From positions 20,640 to 84,639 of the forward strand of contig JAXLUT010000007.1 of NCBI GenBank assembly GCA_046329385.1: DNA of 64,000 bases, in the 5' to 3' direction. Position 1 is the stretch's first letter; every line of letters begins with the position of its first letter. The notes beneath the pieces were generated by a model, which worked only from the letters and a program-made list of their open reading frames with translations, did no database searches and was not told the origin of the DNA. Of this stretch, positions 40,098-51,750 are shown piece by piece. This DNA is from Saprospiraceae bacterium (lineage in GTDB: Bacteria; Bacteroidota; Bacteroidia; Chitinophagales; Saprospiraceae). The position numbers and the translations under genes are program-made.

Positions 40098-42418
40098 GCA
40101 ACATTTAGTTCAATCCTAAAAGTTGTACCAAGCTTATCGCTATTTACAATACTGAACTGACCCTTGTGTTTTTTGATGATTTCTTGTACTAATGTAAGGC
40201 CTATTTTGTTGGAATCAACACCTATGTTTTTTGAAAACGTATTTTGATTGAAACTATGGTTGATACCAGATCCATTGTCTTCATAAGTATAAATTATTTT
40301 GTCTTTTTGACGAACTGAATACAATGAAATACGGCATTCGTTTTCTTTTTTATGATATTTGATAGAGTTGGAAATGAGATTTTCCCACATTATCTTCAAT
40401 AACAAAGGATCTGCTATGATTGGCAAGATATTTTTTGACTCAAAAACAACCTGTTTATTATATTTTTCTTGCATCTCATCTATTATATCTTGTACTTGTT
40501 CACTAATATTTATGGTTGTCGCTTCAATGTCAAATTTTTGAATTTTGGAAAGTAATAACAATTTCTCTACTACATCATGCATTTTTTGGGTCATTTCAGT
40601 TATTTCTTTTAGGTCTTTCTCCTTGTCGGCATCTATATAACGAGATAAATTATTAAGTTTGTTTTGAATGACTTTAATGGGGCCTTGGATTTCGTGGCTT
40701 ATTTTGAAGCTAAAGCTTTTAGTTTCATTGACCACTTCAGAGACAGTTTTTTCGAACATTGCAAATTCATTTTTTATATCATGAAAATGAGAGGACGATA
40801 TTGCTTTGTCATGTTGCACAAAATTTGTGAAATCATCCAATTGCGTTTTGGCCTGTATCATTCTTTCTGTACCTTCGTGTAGGATATTTTCAAGATTTTT
40901 TTGAATCTTTGTTTTCTTCCATAGTATATATATGAATATACTTGCTAATAATATTAAGATTAAACAACTAATCAGAATAGCTTGATTGAAAAGCTTGTCT
41001 TTATAAAGGATGTCCAATTCTTTTTCAGCTATTTTCAACTTGTTTGTTTTAGCATTTAAAAGCATTTGGTTGTTGAGGTTTTCATTTTGTTGGATAGCAA
41101 TTTTTTGATTTTGGTCTAAAATTTTATTTTCAGAATTTTTTAACTTAAAAAGGCTTGACCAAATTTTGGCCTCGTTTTCTTTTTCCAACAGAAGAATCTT
41201 GTTTTGAAGGATGGTTTTGTCCTTTTTCTCAGATTCATATTTCAATTCGGATGCCAACAAGCTTTTTTTACTATTTTCAGATTCATATTCTGCCTTTGAC
41301 GTGCTATATAAACCATAATAATCAAGGGCTTTTTGAAAGTCTTGTAAATTTTCATAACAATATGAAATATAGTGATAACAAGAGTAAGCTTGGTTCATTG
41401 ACAGTATTTTGTACTCGTCTGCTAATGGTTCAAAAATGGATATTGCTTTCTCATAATTGCCATTTCTCATTTCAAAATTGCCCTTATACATCTTGAAATG
41501 CAATTTGGCAATTTGTGATGTTTTATTTGAAGTTAGTTTTTCAGCCTCATCCATCAATTGTACAGCTTTATTTTTATCATGGTCGATACTTACTGTTGCT
41601 ATATTTGTCAATAGAAACATTTGAGATTCGTTATCACCAAGTTTTTTGGCATAAGAATAGGCCTTCTCACCATATTGTATGATGGTGTCCATGGGCGACT
41701 GCTCATTCGCTTTTAGATACATCAATACTTCATAATTATTGGGCAAAAATAAGATCATTTTGTGCTTATTTTGTATATCGATGGACATTAGCGCATAACG
41801 TAAAGACTCATTATATAAAGACTGGTGTAAAAAATATCTTGATAAATTGGAGTAAATATGTGATATGGTTTTAAAGTCATTATCTTTAGTAAATTTTAAT
41901 GCTTTAAATGCCATTTGTGTCGCCCGACTGTAGTCAGAAATGTAACAATAATATGTGCCTAAAGTTATATAAAAAAAGGCGTTATTGGATTTTTCTGCCA
42001 TGGGCTTAATATTCATTAAAACTTGGTAAGCTTGTTCACTTTTTAGACCGTTTGAAAGTGACAATGCATATAAGCAATTTGCTTTGATGATATCATTTTG
42101 TCCTTTTACTTTGCATGTATTGAACCAATTATAATATATAGAGTCATTTTCAAAAGTATTGTGTTCTTGCGAAGTTTGCCAAAGTTCTAATAATGTTTGA
42201 GTGTATTGACTTTGCTGATTTGAAAGAAGAGATAATGCCTGGTTATAAGCATTGATTGCTTTTTCATAATCATATATTTCTAACGCAAGTTTTGCTTCGG
42301 TTAGATTTTTATTAACTTGTTCGTTATTGTTTTGACCAAAACCAGCATAAAATTGTAATATTGAAAATAGCAATATTGTTAGAAATTTATGTCTTATTTT
42401 TGAAAAAATGTTTGCCAT
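40094..42418 (-). CDS. TPR-repeat sensor histidine kinase
   Basis: Signal/TM, TPR-like N-terminal half, coiled coil, TM, HisKA (SHEIQGP) and HATPase (DNGSGI...GLTLV). ATG at 42418. Confidence 0.8.
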   Translation of the reverse strand: MANIFSKIRHKFLTILLFSILQFYAGFGQNNNEQVNKNLTEAKLALEIYDYEKAINAYNQALSLLSNQQSQYTQTLLELWQTSQEHNTFENDSIYYNWFNTCKVKGQNDIIKANCLYALSLSNGLKSEQAYQVLMNIKPMAEKSNNAFFYITLGTYYCYISDYSRATQMAFKALKFTKDNDFKTISHIYSNLSRYFLHQSLYNESLRYALMSIDIQNKHKMILFLPNNYEVLMYLKANEQSPMDTIIQYGEKAYSYAKKLGDNESQMFLLTNIATVSIDHDKNKAVQLMDEAEKLTSNKTSQIAKLHFKMYKGNFEMRNGNYEKAISIFEPLADEYKILSMNQAYSCYHYISYCYENLQDFQKALDYYGLYSTSKAEYESENSKKSLLASELKYESEKKDKTILQNKILLLEKENEAKIWSSLFKLKNSENKILDQNQKIAIQQNENLNNQMLLNAKTNKLKIAEKELDILYKDKLFNQAILISCLILILLASIFIYILWKKTKIQKNLENILHEGTERMIQAKTQLDDFTNFVQHDKAISSSHFHDIKNEFAMFEKTVSEVVNETKSFSFKISHEIQGPIKVIQNKLNNLSRYIDADKEKDLKEITEMTQKMHDVVEKLLLLSKIQKFDIEATTINISEQVQDIIDEMQEKYNKQVVFESKNILPIIADPLLLKIMWENLISNSIKYHKKENECRISLYSVRQKDKIIYTYEDNGSGINHSFNQNTFSKNIGVDSNKIGLTLVQEIIKKHKGQFSIVNSDKLGTTFRIELNVA

Positions 42419-42742
42419 GTTGCACAAATAGGGATTATATGTTTGTGAAATTTCACAAATATATCCAATTAAGCTTATATAACATTTCAATATTTGTTAT
42501 TTATTAACCGAAAGTATTGGTATTTTGGAATGCGTGATTGCGATTTAGAATTATTATCATTAAGGAAGTAACTTTAATTATGAATTACATACAAAAAACA
42601 TACTTTAAAAGTGAAAAAATGAAAATTATAAAATAATAAAACGGAGAGTAGATGCACATCATTGTGCAAATAAACATCAAAATGTTTAAGTATATACATC
42701 ATAATGTATGACATATTAAAGATTATTATAATGTTAGCGAAC

Positions 42743-42750
42743 TACTTTTG
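42743..42750 (+). promoter_or_regulatory. -7 box TACTTTTG
   Basis: TAnnTTTG, 71 nt upstream of the ATG at 42821. Confidence 0.3.
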
Positions 42751-42820
42751 CCCCTGCCTTTGAGAATGGTTCATAATAGGATTTTAAAAATATATTAATT
42801 GGTTTTTAAAATTATTATTT

Positions 42821-45800
42821 ATGAAAGGTTTGTTAAAATATCTGCTAATTACTTTTTTTTGTTTAGCATTTTCCAAGTTTGGTTTTGGCCAAGTGTCTGG
42901 TACCGTCTTTAAAGACTTCAATATGGATGGGATCAAGGGTACATCATCTCCCAATTTGGATGTAGGTATGTCTGGAGTCGTCGTATTGGCCACAAAGCCA
43001 GATGGTAGTGCGCTCACAGTGACTTACACTGGTGGCGGCACAAGTACCAGTAATTCAGGTGGTTATTCAGTCACTGGTGGTGTACTTGGACAAATTCGTC
43101 TTGAATTTGTGATGCCAGACAGTCACACTTTCGCATCTAAAGGTGCTTCTGGAGGCACCACTATCTTATTTCCTTCTACTGCTACGCAGAATTTAGCCGT
43201 AAACTATCCAGCTGATTATTGTGGTGTAGCAGATCCACTGTTGGTGACTCCTTGTTATGTGGGAAATAATGCATCTGGTGTGAATGATGTGTTGGTACAA
43301 TATAATTATTCCTTTTCAGGAGGACACTCAGCATCTCAACAAACCTTAGCATTCAAAGATGAAATTGGGTCAACATGGGGTATTGCATATAATAGAGCCA
43401 ATGGAGATGTTTATGCTGCGGCATTTTTGAAAAGGCATGTTCCTTTGGTAGATAACGATGGTGATGGTAAAGAAGATATTGGAGCTATATATATCAAGCC
43501 AAGTTCGGGCAGTGCTACTTTGTGGTTGGACGTTACTACCTTGGGCGTTGATGTAGGTATGAGTTTGATGCCAACTATTGCTACTCGCGCATTACCAATT
43601 CCTCCCACCACTTCAAGTTTAGCTGCATCTCACGATACACAAGTTTTCCCTTTGGTTGGTAAAATTGGACTAGGCGACATTGAGATGTCAGATGACAATA
43701 AATTCTTATATTTTACAAACCTGTATGATAAAAAAATATACACTGTAGATGTTGCTTCAAAAAACCTAGTAGGCTCAGGAGTAGCAGTTCCAAATTCATG
43801 TTCAGGGGGAAATCCAAGACCTTTTGCATTGGCATTTCATAAAGGTAAAATTTATGCCGGTAGTATTTGTGATGCAGCTACTTCAAAGTCTTTTGCAGAC
43901 ATGGAGGCCAATATTTACCGATTAGATGGAGGCACTTTTACTAATATCCTCTCTTTTCCATTGAATTATACCAAAGGTGCAGCGTTTACTTGGGGCGGCA
44001 TATTTGGTGATAAGTGGAATCCATGGGAAGATAACTTTAATGATGTTTTTTGGTATTTAAGTCCGTCTGGAAGTGGAAATCATGTGCAAATTGAGCCTCA
44101 AGCGATTTTGGCTGATATTATTTTTGATACTGATGAATCTTTGATATTGGTTTTTAATGATCGGTTAGGTCACCAAACAGGTTCAACAAACTATGGTGTT
44201 GATCCATCAGACAATACTACTTTTTATTTTGGAGTAGCAGCAGGTGATATACTCAGAGCCTCCTTAGTATCTGGAAATTATGTTTTGGAAAATAATGCTT
44301 CGTCAGGTGGAGTCACTACAGCAGGAGCAAATAATAGTCAAGGTCCTGGAAATCCTACTGGCACTGGATACACTAGCCCTTCAGGTGAATATTATGTCGG
44401 TGATGATGAAAATAACGTTCACCAAGAGGTGATTGGTGGTGGGGCAGTCATAATACCAGGTCGTGGCCAAGTAGTTGCACAAGTATCTGACCCTGCCTAA
44501 AACTATTTTGCAGGAGGATCATATTATTTTAATAACACAACAGGTGAGTACGACAAATATTATGTAGTATTTTCCGATCCATTACAAGGTGAAGCACCTT
44601 GGTTATTTGGAAAAGCTAATGGACTTGGTGATTTGGAAGCAAAATGCATTAATGCACCCATTGAGATTGGTAATAGAGTTTGGGATGATACAGATAATGA
44701 TGGAATCCAAGATGCGGGAGAAAATGGTATCAGTGGTGTGGTTGTGACTCTTTATGCAGCAGATGGTACTACAGTAATTGCTACCGCAACAACTGATACA
44801 AATGGGAATTACTTTTTCTCATCAGCATCGGCAACTAATACACCATCTGCAAAGTATGGTCTAAGTCTTAATTTTAATTCAAATTATGTCATTGGTTTTC
44901 CTCCAACAAATGGTGTGAAATATTTGACAGCTATCAATTCTTTGACAAATGACCTTGTTGATTCTGATGCCAATAGAACCACAGGTTTATTAACTATTAC
45001 AACAGGTTATGCTGGGGAAAATAATCACAGTTATGATGCAGGTTATAGCACATTGCCACCTTGTTCACTTTCAGTTTCATGCAATGCAACAAATACAAGC
45101 TGTGGTTTGGGCAATGGGTCCATCTCCACTTCGGTTTCAGGCAATACGGGCGCAGTCACTTACTTATGGTCTAACGGAGGTACAAGTGCTTCTGTGACTA
45201 ATTTGAGTGCAGGAACCTATACGGTAACAGTTACTGAAGGTGCATGTACATCCACTTGTTCTGCAACTATTCTTTCTAGTTCTGTATTACCAGTAAGCTG
45301 CACCAAAACCGATGTGACCAGTTGTACACCCGTCAATGGAAGTGCCACAGCCACGGCAACAGGAGTAACATATCTGTGGAGTAATAGTGCTACTACATCA
45401 TCGATAAACAATTTAGTATCAGGTACATACACAGTGACTGTAACGAGTACCACCACTGGATGTACAGCCGCATGTCAATCCATAGTAGGTGATAACACAA
45501 CTCCACCAAGTGTCACATGCTCCAAATCCGATGTGACAAATTGTACTGCACCAAATGGAAGTGCCACAGCTACAGCAACAGGCGTAACTTATGTTTGGAG
45601 CAATGGCGCTACAACATCTACAATCAACAATTTGATCGCTGGAACATATACTGTCACTGTAACGAGTTCAACCACCAGTTGCAAATCAACTTGCGAAGCG
45701 GTAGTAGGTACCTCTTCAATTTTACCTTCTGTGGATTGTTCAAGTACAAATGTTACTAATTGTACTCCTGCGAATGGAAGTGCATCAGCTACATCTACTG

Positions 45801-47434
45801 GAGTTACTTACCTGTGGAGTAATAGCGCCACTACAGCCAATATTAATAATTTGATGACAGGATCTTATACCGTCACTGTCACAAGTATAACATCAGGTTG
45901 TACAGCTACTTGTGTAGCCGTAGTAGCAAGTAATATTGCCCCTTTTTCTGTATTATGTGAATATTCACCCAACACAAATTGTGCGATAGCAAACGGTAAT
46001 GCTGTAGCTGCAACAACAGAACCTAATGTAACTTATTTATGGTCAAATGGAATGACTACTAATGTTGCCAATAATTTGAGTGCTGGAACATATACTATCA
46101 CCGTCACCAGTAGCTCAACTGGATGTACCAGTACATGCCAAGCTACGATATTTAATACTTTTACTTATCCTACCTGCGACATTACAATTAATAGTCAACC
46201 AAGCTGCGCCAATCTAAATGGAGGAGCCATGCCACAGCTACAGCAATGTGCGTAACTTATGTTTGGAGCAATGGCGCTACAACATCTACAATCAACAATT
46301 TGATCGCTGAACATATACCGTCACTGTAACGAGTTCAACCACCACAATCAACTTATGAAGCAGTAGAAATTCTTCAATTTTACCTTCTGTGGATTGTCAT
46401 ACAAATGTTACTAATTGTACTCCTGCGAATGGAAGTGCATCAGCTACATCTACTGGAGTTACTTACCTGCGGAGTAATAGCGCCACTACAGCCAATATTA
46501 ATAATTTGATGACAGGATCTGGTACGTCACTGTCACAAGTATAACATCAGGTTGTACAGCTACTTGTGTAGCCGTAGCAAGTAATATTGCCCCTTTTTCT
46601 GTATTATGTGAATATTCACCCAACACAAATTGTGCGATAGCAAACGGTAATGCTGTAGCTGCAACAACAGAACCTAATGTATCCATTATTTATGGTCAAA
46701 TGGAATGACTAATAATGTTGCCAATAATTTGAGTGCTGGAACATATACTATCACCGTCACCAGTAGCTCAACTCGATGTACCAGTAAGCGCCAGTTGCTG
46801 ATATTTACTACTTTTACTTATCCTACTCATGATATTACAATTAATAGTCAACCAAGCTGCGCTAATCTAAATGGAGGAGCCATGACAGTAAATCCAAGTC
46901 CTGTTGGCACATATACTTATAACTCGATAGTGACATAGTATGCAAAAGTAGCGCCAGTAGAACGGGTTTGACTGGTGGGATTATACAGTTACTGTCACTA
47001 ATAACACAAATGGTTGTACTGGAGTGTGCCAACAAACACTTATAACTCCTACTAATTGCTGTAATATCAGTGCCATTGTACCGCAAAATTTGAATGTATT
47101 GATAATGGCAATGACCCAACTTGATGACAGACAATAGGATAAGATTTAGAGCTTTTGTTTCAAATACTAATAGCATTTCTTGTCGCTTACATGCTGTATC
47201 AATCAATGGTGGTACTACAATTACACCAAATACAAATGTACCTTATGGACTAACACAATTTACGTTGGGACCTTATACAGCAGGTGTGAAGGAGCAACAT
47301 TTACGGTGACAATGACGGACAGTGCTACACCATATTGTACTCAGACTCTTCAAATACTAGATCCATGTAATCCTGGTAGTGAGTGTTCAACTCCTCAGTG
47401 TGGGAGTGCAAGCATTCAGACCAATGGTAATTAA
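42821..47434 (+). pseudogene. large SprB-repeat / SdrD-B-domain surface adhesin, disrupted (in-frame TAA at 44498, decayed 3' part)
   Basis: ORFs 42821..44500 and 44633..46255 share one frame and are separated only by a TAA. SdrD-B motif (IGNRVWDDTDNDGIQDAGE). About 77-aa SprB-type repeats (GVTYLWSNGATT..GTYTVTVT). From 46231 on, multiple frame breaks. Confidence 0.7.
45563..46883 (+). repeat. 668-bp tandem duplication (copy 1 45563..46230 intact; copy 2 46231..46883 with many small indels)
   Basis: Read directly. Copy 2 repeats copy 1 nearly base for base but is 15 nt shorter through scattered deletions and has substitutions. Confidence 0.85.
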
Positions 47435-47632
47435 TCCCTCCAAGGTCGGGACAAGTTGTGATGATTTATTGATGATCACACAAGGAGACAAGTTGATGTG
47501 ATGTACTCGATGTAAGAATCAATCATAGCACAACAAGATTTGAAGATTTAATAATCATAAAAATCAACAAATCACTTAATTTTTTAATCGCCATATCATC
47601 TAATCGAACAAAGATTAACGCTTTCATAAATG

Positions 47633-47666
47633 AGGGGCCTTTGCAAACGAGCAAGGGCTCTTTTTT
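47633..47666 (+). terminator. hairpin plus T-run downstream of the adhesin locus
   Basis: ggcctttgc(aaacga)gcaagggct followed by cttttttt. Stem has one G-T pair. Confidence 0.4.
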
Positions 47667-48603
47667 AAATAATGATAAAAAAGATTTTATCATATATATT
47701 TATACTAAAAATCATATCGAGCTATTCTAAAATATAGAGATTCGAAAATTGTTGCGGTATATTTTGATGATTATCAATTAGATATTTTCAAGTCACGAAT
47801 ATACCTAAAATACTGTACAGATACTTTAGCTCTAAATGATGTGATTTTGGCAAGTGTCAAAAAAATGAACAAAGCTATGTTACTCATTTTAAAAGTATGA
47901 TTCTAAATCCACGCTTTTGTGATTTAGGATGTGCTCTGTTCGTTTTTGAAGACATAGATTTAGAGCTACATTTTTGCTATAGCATCTGTTAAAAAAGATA
48001 ATGGAGAGTTAGTTTTTCTACTTTTGCTGGGTGTGCCCAAATGAACATGGGATCCATTTCAGAAGATTCTTTAATAGATTTTTGGGCTATAAATCATTAG
48101 AATATGTAGAAAAAGTGGTTTTATCGATTTATCAGAATGAAATATTCATATAGGCATAAATTGAAAACTTGCACCTTTAGATATCTGTCTAACTTTATCA
48201 AAATACATATTATCTGCCTATCTAAAAAAGAACCGACTTACACAAAGAAATCAGCCTTGTTTATGAGTTAAACCAATTTTTTAAGAATTTTAGTTGCATC
48301 GTCTTAGCTAACTTTGTAACCCGATCCTTGAAGTTTGTAACTTCGATGAGCGATATTTTAAGAATTTGTTATTCTGCACGTAGTAATATAGACAATAAGA
48401 ACTAATATAAGTGAATCAAAAGAATTTGAGCTCCTGTATCTACTTATTGGTTATTTCTTGAAGTTGGTTGTAAAATTACAAATTTGTCAAATATGGTATC
48501 GCAGTTGCATGCTTGGTAAGCTTTAACGGTTCTGCGATAATCAGATAAGGTCATAAAACATTTTCTACATATAATTAGTTTTAACAAAATAAAATATATA
48601 AGA

Positions 48604-49011
48604 ATGGCTTACAAAATTGGAACAAATGAAAACCCAATGGCTTTAAAAACTCCGCCATTGACGAGCGAATACACCATGCACATCAAACAAAAAGATGGCA
48701 AAGATGTCTTGGTGTGTACCGTTGGAAAAACTATATTGCACTACAATATTGCCATTTTGGACGACTTATACCAAATGCTCAAGAAGCATAACGATTGGAT
48801 GGAATTGGGTAGTGCAGACGAACAAAAACCAGCCAAAGAAGGCACAGTTGAATTTTGGGGACGGTCAGAAAGCAACCCAGTTGGTGGTTGGTACGGGCTT
48901 AAAAAAGGCCTACGAGGACGAGTAGGTATGTACATACCACCATTGATGGAAGCATTAGGATTGGCTGAAGTTACACACGACCCTAAAGGAAATAAGATGA
49001 GAGTGAAATAA
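48604..49011 (+). CDS. conserved-looking hypothetical protein (135 aa)
   Basis: Clean ORF with an ATG start. No motif I can assign. Confidence 0.55.
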   Translation: MAYKIGTNENPMALKTPPLTSEYTMHIKQKDGKDVLVCTVGKTILHYNIAILDDLYQMLKKHNDWMELGSADEQKPAKEGTVEFWGRSESNPVGGWYGLKKGLRGRVGMYIPPLMEALGLAEVTHDPKGNKMRVK

Positions 49012-49107
49012 GATTTCAAGTAATCAATAAATCACCTTTCATTAATCCAGATGATAACGAAATATATGAGTATATGAAATGAAATCAAAAACCAATTTAA
49101 GTAAAAA

Positions 49108-49851
49108 ATGGATTATTTACAAAAAATACTTATTGATTTCGAGCTTCATTCTCCTGATGGAATAAGAGAGTGTTTTGACCATGGAGTGGATCCAAACACC
49201 ACCATAAATGGCAAACCATTGGTGTATGAATTGATCAATATGTACACGAGAGGGGCCTCGTTCAAATCCTGTATCAAGTCATTTGTTGACTATGGATTAA
49301 TTTTCGAAGATAAAGCGCTACTTTCTGTGCTATTGGATGACGCAAGTATGCTGACCGAACAACTGTTCGTTAACAATAATCTGATTTATAAAAAATATTC
49401 ACTTGATTGCGCATTTACACCACTTTATGAGGTATCTTTACTTCACATCTGTGCTGAATACAATCATTTGGCTTGTGCAAAAGTATTACTAAGTCATGGC
49501 GCAGATGTCAATGCAAAAGCTGGTTTCGACCAAAACGGTTTTGGAGGACAAACACCTATTTTTCATACTGTCAACCAAGATGCCAACAAAAGTATGGACA
49601 CTCTGAAAATTCTGTTAGCTCAGAATGCGGACATCACTTTAACTATAAAAGGACTGGTTTGGGGTAAGGGGTATGAATGGGAGACATTTATTCCTTCTGT
49701 AAATCCTATTAGCTATGCCATGATGGGTTTACTCCGCCAGTTTCAACGGTCTGAAAATCAGATTTACGAAGTTGTCTCACTTTTGCTCAAAGCAAGATAT
49801 GACATAGATTACTATCCACCAAATATCCCGAACAAGTATTTGAATGGGTGA
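49108..49851 (+). CDS. ankyrin-repeat protein
   Basis: Ankyrin consensus stretches (LLHICAEYNHLACAKVLLSHGADVNAK; GQTPIFHTV). TGA stop. Confidence 0.8.
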   Translation: MDYLQKILIDFELHSPDGIRECFDHGVDPNTTINGKPLVYELINMYTRGASFKSCIKSFVDYGLIFEDKALLSVLLDDASMLTEQLFVNNNLIYKKYSLDCAFTPLYEVSLLHICAEYNHLACAKVLLSHGADVNAKAGFDQNGFGGQTPIFHTVNQDANKSMDTLKILLAQNADITLTIKGLVWGKGYEWETFIPSVNPISYAMMGLLRQFQRSENQIYEVVSLLLKARYDIDYYPPNIPNKYLNG

Positions 49852-50029
49852 AATACCGTATTTTCTGATAATGAAAGCAAACCATGAGCAGAGTATTCAG
49901 GTAATAATAACAATTTAGGTTTATCGTTTGATACATTCTGCCACACATAACACTATTTTTGACAAAAATGATTCCTTTAAAATATTTTCAAAAAATCAGG
50001 ATATTGCTTTTTACTTTCCTTTTTAGTTG

Positions 50030-50037
50030 TATCTTTG
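50030..50037 (+). promoter_or_regulatory. -7 box TATCTTTG for tRNA-Leu
   Basis: TAnnTTTG, 30 nt upstream of the tRNA 5' end. Confidence 0.4.
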
Positions 50038-50066
50038 CGTCGCTTTGACAAAAAGCACTTTGACAT

Positions 50067-50148
50067 GCGGGTGTGGTGAAATTGGTAGACACGCCAGACT
50101 TAGGATCTGGTGCTGCGAGGCTTGGGGGTTCCAGTCCCTCCACCCGCA
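50067..50148 (+). tRNA. tRNA-Leu (anticodon TAG), long variable arm
   Basis: Acceptor GCGGGTG/CACCCGC, anticodon stem ccaga/tctgg with loop ctTAGga, T-loop GGTTCCAGTCC. No encoded CCA. Confidence 0.9.
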
Positions 50149-50301
50149 CATTTTGTATGTTTTAAATAACTACATTTATTTTTGAAAGGATGGATATTTT
50201 TTTGATTTTCTACATGGTTGTACAAACTCAATAATGCCAATATTCGACTTCACATTTTGTTTATGTTCCAATTAATTCTTTAACCTTACTTTAGTTTTTC
50301 T

Positions 50302-51675
50302 ATGCAGATTGTTAGAAAAGATGCTGACGCATTAAATGTTACGATTGACATCACTTTAGAACCCAATGACTATGCTCCCAAGTACGAAAGCGAGCTGAAA
50401 AAATATAAAAATCAAGCCCAACTCAAAGGATTCAGAAAAGGGATGACACCTATTTCTGTGATCAAAAAAATGTATGGTAAATCCATTCTTTCTGATGTCA
50501 TCAACGAAACATTGCAGACCAAATTATTTGGATATATTGATGAGCAAAAGCTTAATTACTTGGGACAACCATTGCCCAATAGAGATGAAAATTTTGTATT
50601 CAACCTAGATGTAAATAATCTACAGGAGTACAAATTTAGCTTTGATCTTGGCTTAGCGCCTACCTTGCAAATACAAGGAGTTTCGGCTACTGATAGCTAT
50701 GATTGTTATGAAATAGATGTAGAAGATGCACAAGTGGAGAAAGAGTTTGAAGCACTTAGACGCAGATATGGTACCAGAGTAGATGTTAGCGACACCATTC
50801 AAAATATGGATATGGTAAAGCTGGATGCTGAAGAATTGGATGGCAATGTAGTGAAAGAAAATGGCTGGAAGACAGAATTCTCTGTATTAGTGGACATTAT
50901 ATATGATCAAGATGTCAAGAATGAAATGTTGACCAAAAAGCTTGGTGATACTATTACTTTTGATATCTATACTTTGGAAGATAAAGATGCTGCTCATATA
51001 GATAAGTACATCTTAAAAAAGACAGAAGATCAAGAAGTAGGCAATATGTTTGTGGCCAAAATCATTGAGGTCTCCAGGATAGAGCCTGCCATATTGAATG
51101 AAGAGTTTTATCAGATGTTTGGAGATGAAGCCATTGTAGATGAGGCTTCGCTCAAGGCATTGATGAAAAATGATATAAAAACACACAATGCACAGCAGAC
51201 CAACCAATACATGAATAGAGATATCATGGATGCATTGTTGGAAAAAAATAGGGTAGAATTGCCAGAGACTTTCTTGAAAAAATACCTGAAAGAGTCTAAT
51301 GAGAATGTCTCTGATGAAGTATTGGAAAAGGAGTTTGATTCTTTTGCCAAAAATATGAAGTGGTCATTGATCAAATCTCAGCTGGCCAAAGATTATGGCA
51401 TCGAGGTAAAAGAAGATGATTTAAAACGCCATTTTACCAATTCTGTATTTTCGTATATGAGGAATTATGGCAATATGGATTATGCCATCATTTCAAAGAC
51501 TGTAGAAAGATTGATGGAAGATAAAGATCAAGTCAATAAGGCTTATGAAGAAATTCAGGCAGATAGGATATTTGCAAACATTGATACCATCATTCAGAAA
51601 AATATCATTCCCATAAGTCAAGAATCATTTACAGAAAAAGTCAAAGAGCTCAACGAAAGACTTAACAATTTATAA
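50302..51675 (+). CDS. tig: trigger factor
   Basis: 457 aa; N-terminal GFRKGMTP motif; gene order tig-clpP-clpX. Confidence 0.9.
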   Translation: MQIVRKDADALNVTIDITLEPNDYAPKYESELKKYKNQAQLKGFRKGMTPISVIKKMYGKSILSDVINETLQTKLFGYIDEQKLNYLGQPLPNRDENFVFNLDVNNLQEYKFSFDLGLAPTLQIQGVSATDSYDCYEIDVEDAQVEKEFEALRRRYGTRVDVSDTIQNMDMVKLDAEELDGNVVKENGWKTEFSVLVDIIYDQDVKNEMLTKKLGDTITFDIYTLEDKDAAHIDKYILKKTEDQEVGNMFVAKIIEVSRIEPAILNEEFYQMFGDEAIVDEASLKALMKNDIKTHNAQQTNQYMNRDIMDALLEKNRVELPETFLKKYLKESNENVSDEVLEKEFDSFAKNMKWSLIKSQLAKDYGIEVKEDDLKRHFTNSVFSYMRNYGNMDYAIISKTVERLMEDKDQVNKAYEEIQADRIFANIDTIIQKNIIPISQESFTEKVKELNERLNNL

Positions 51676-51750
51676 TTTTGATTGTTATAGATAATGCACA
51701 TACAAAAAAGCTGTGCATATTTATAAACCATAAACAATCAATTTTACTAA

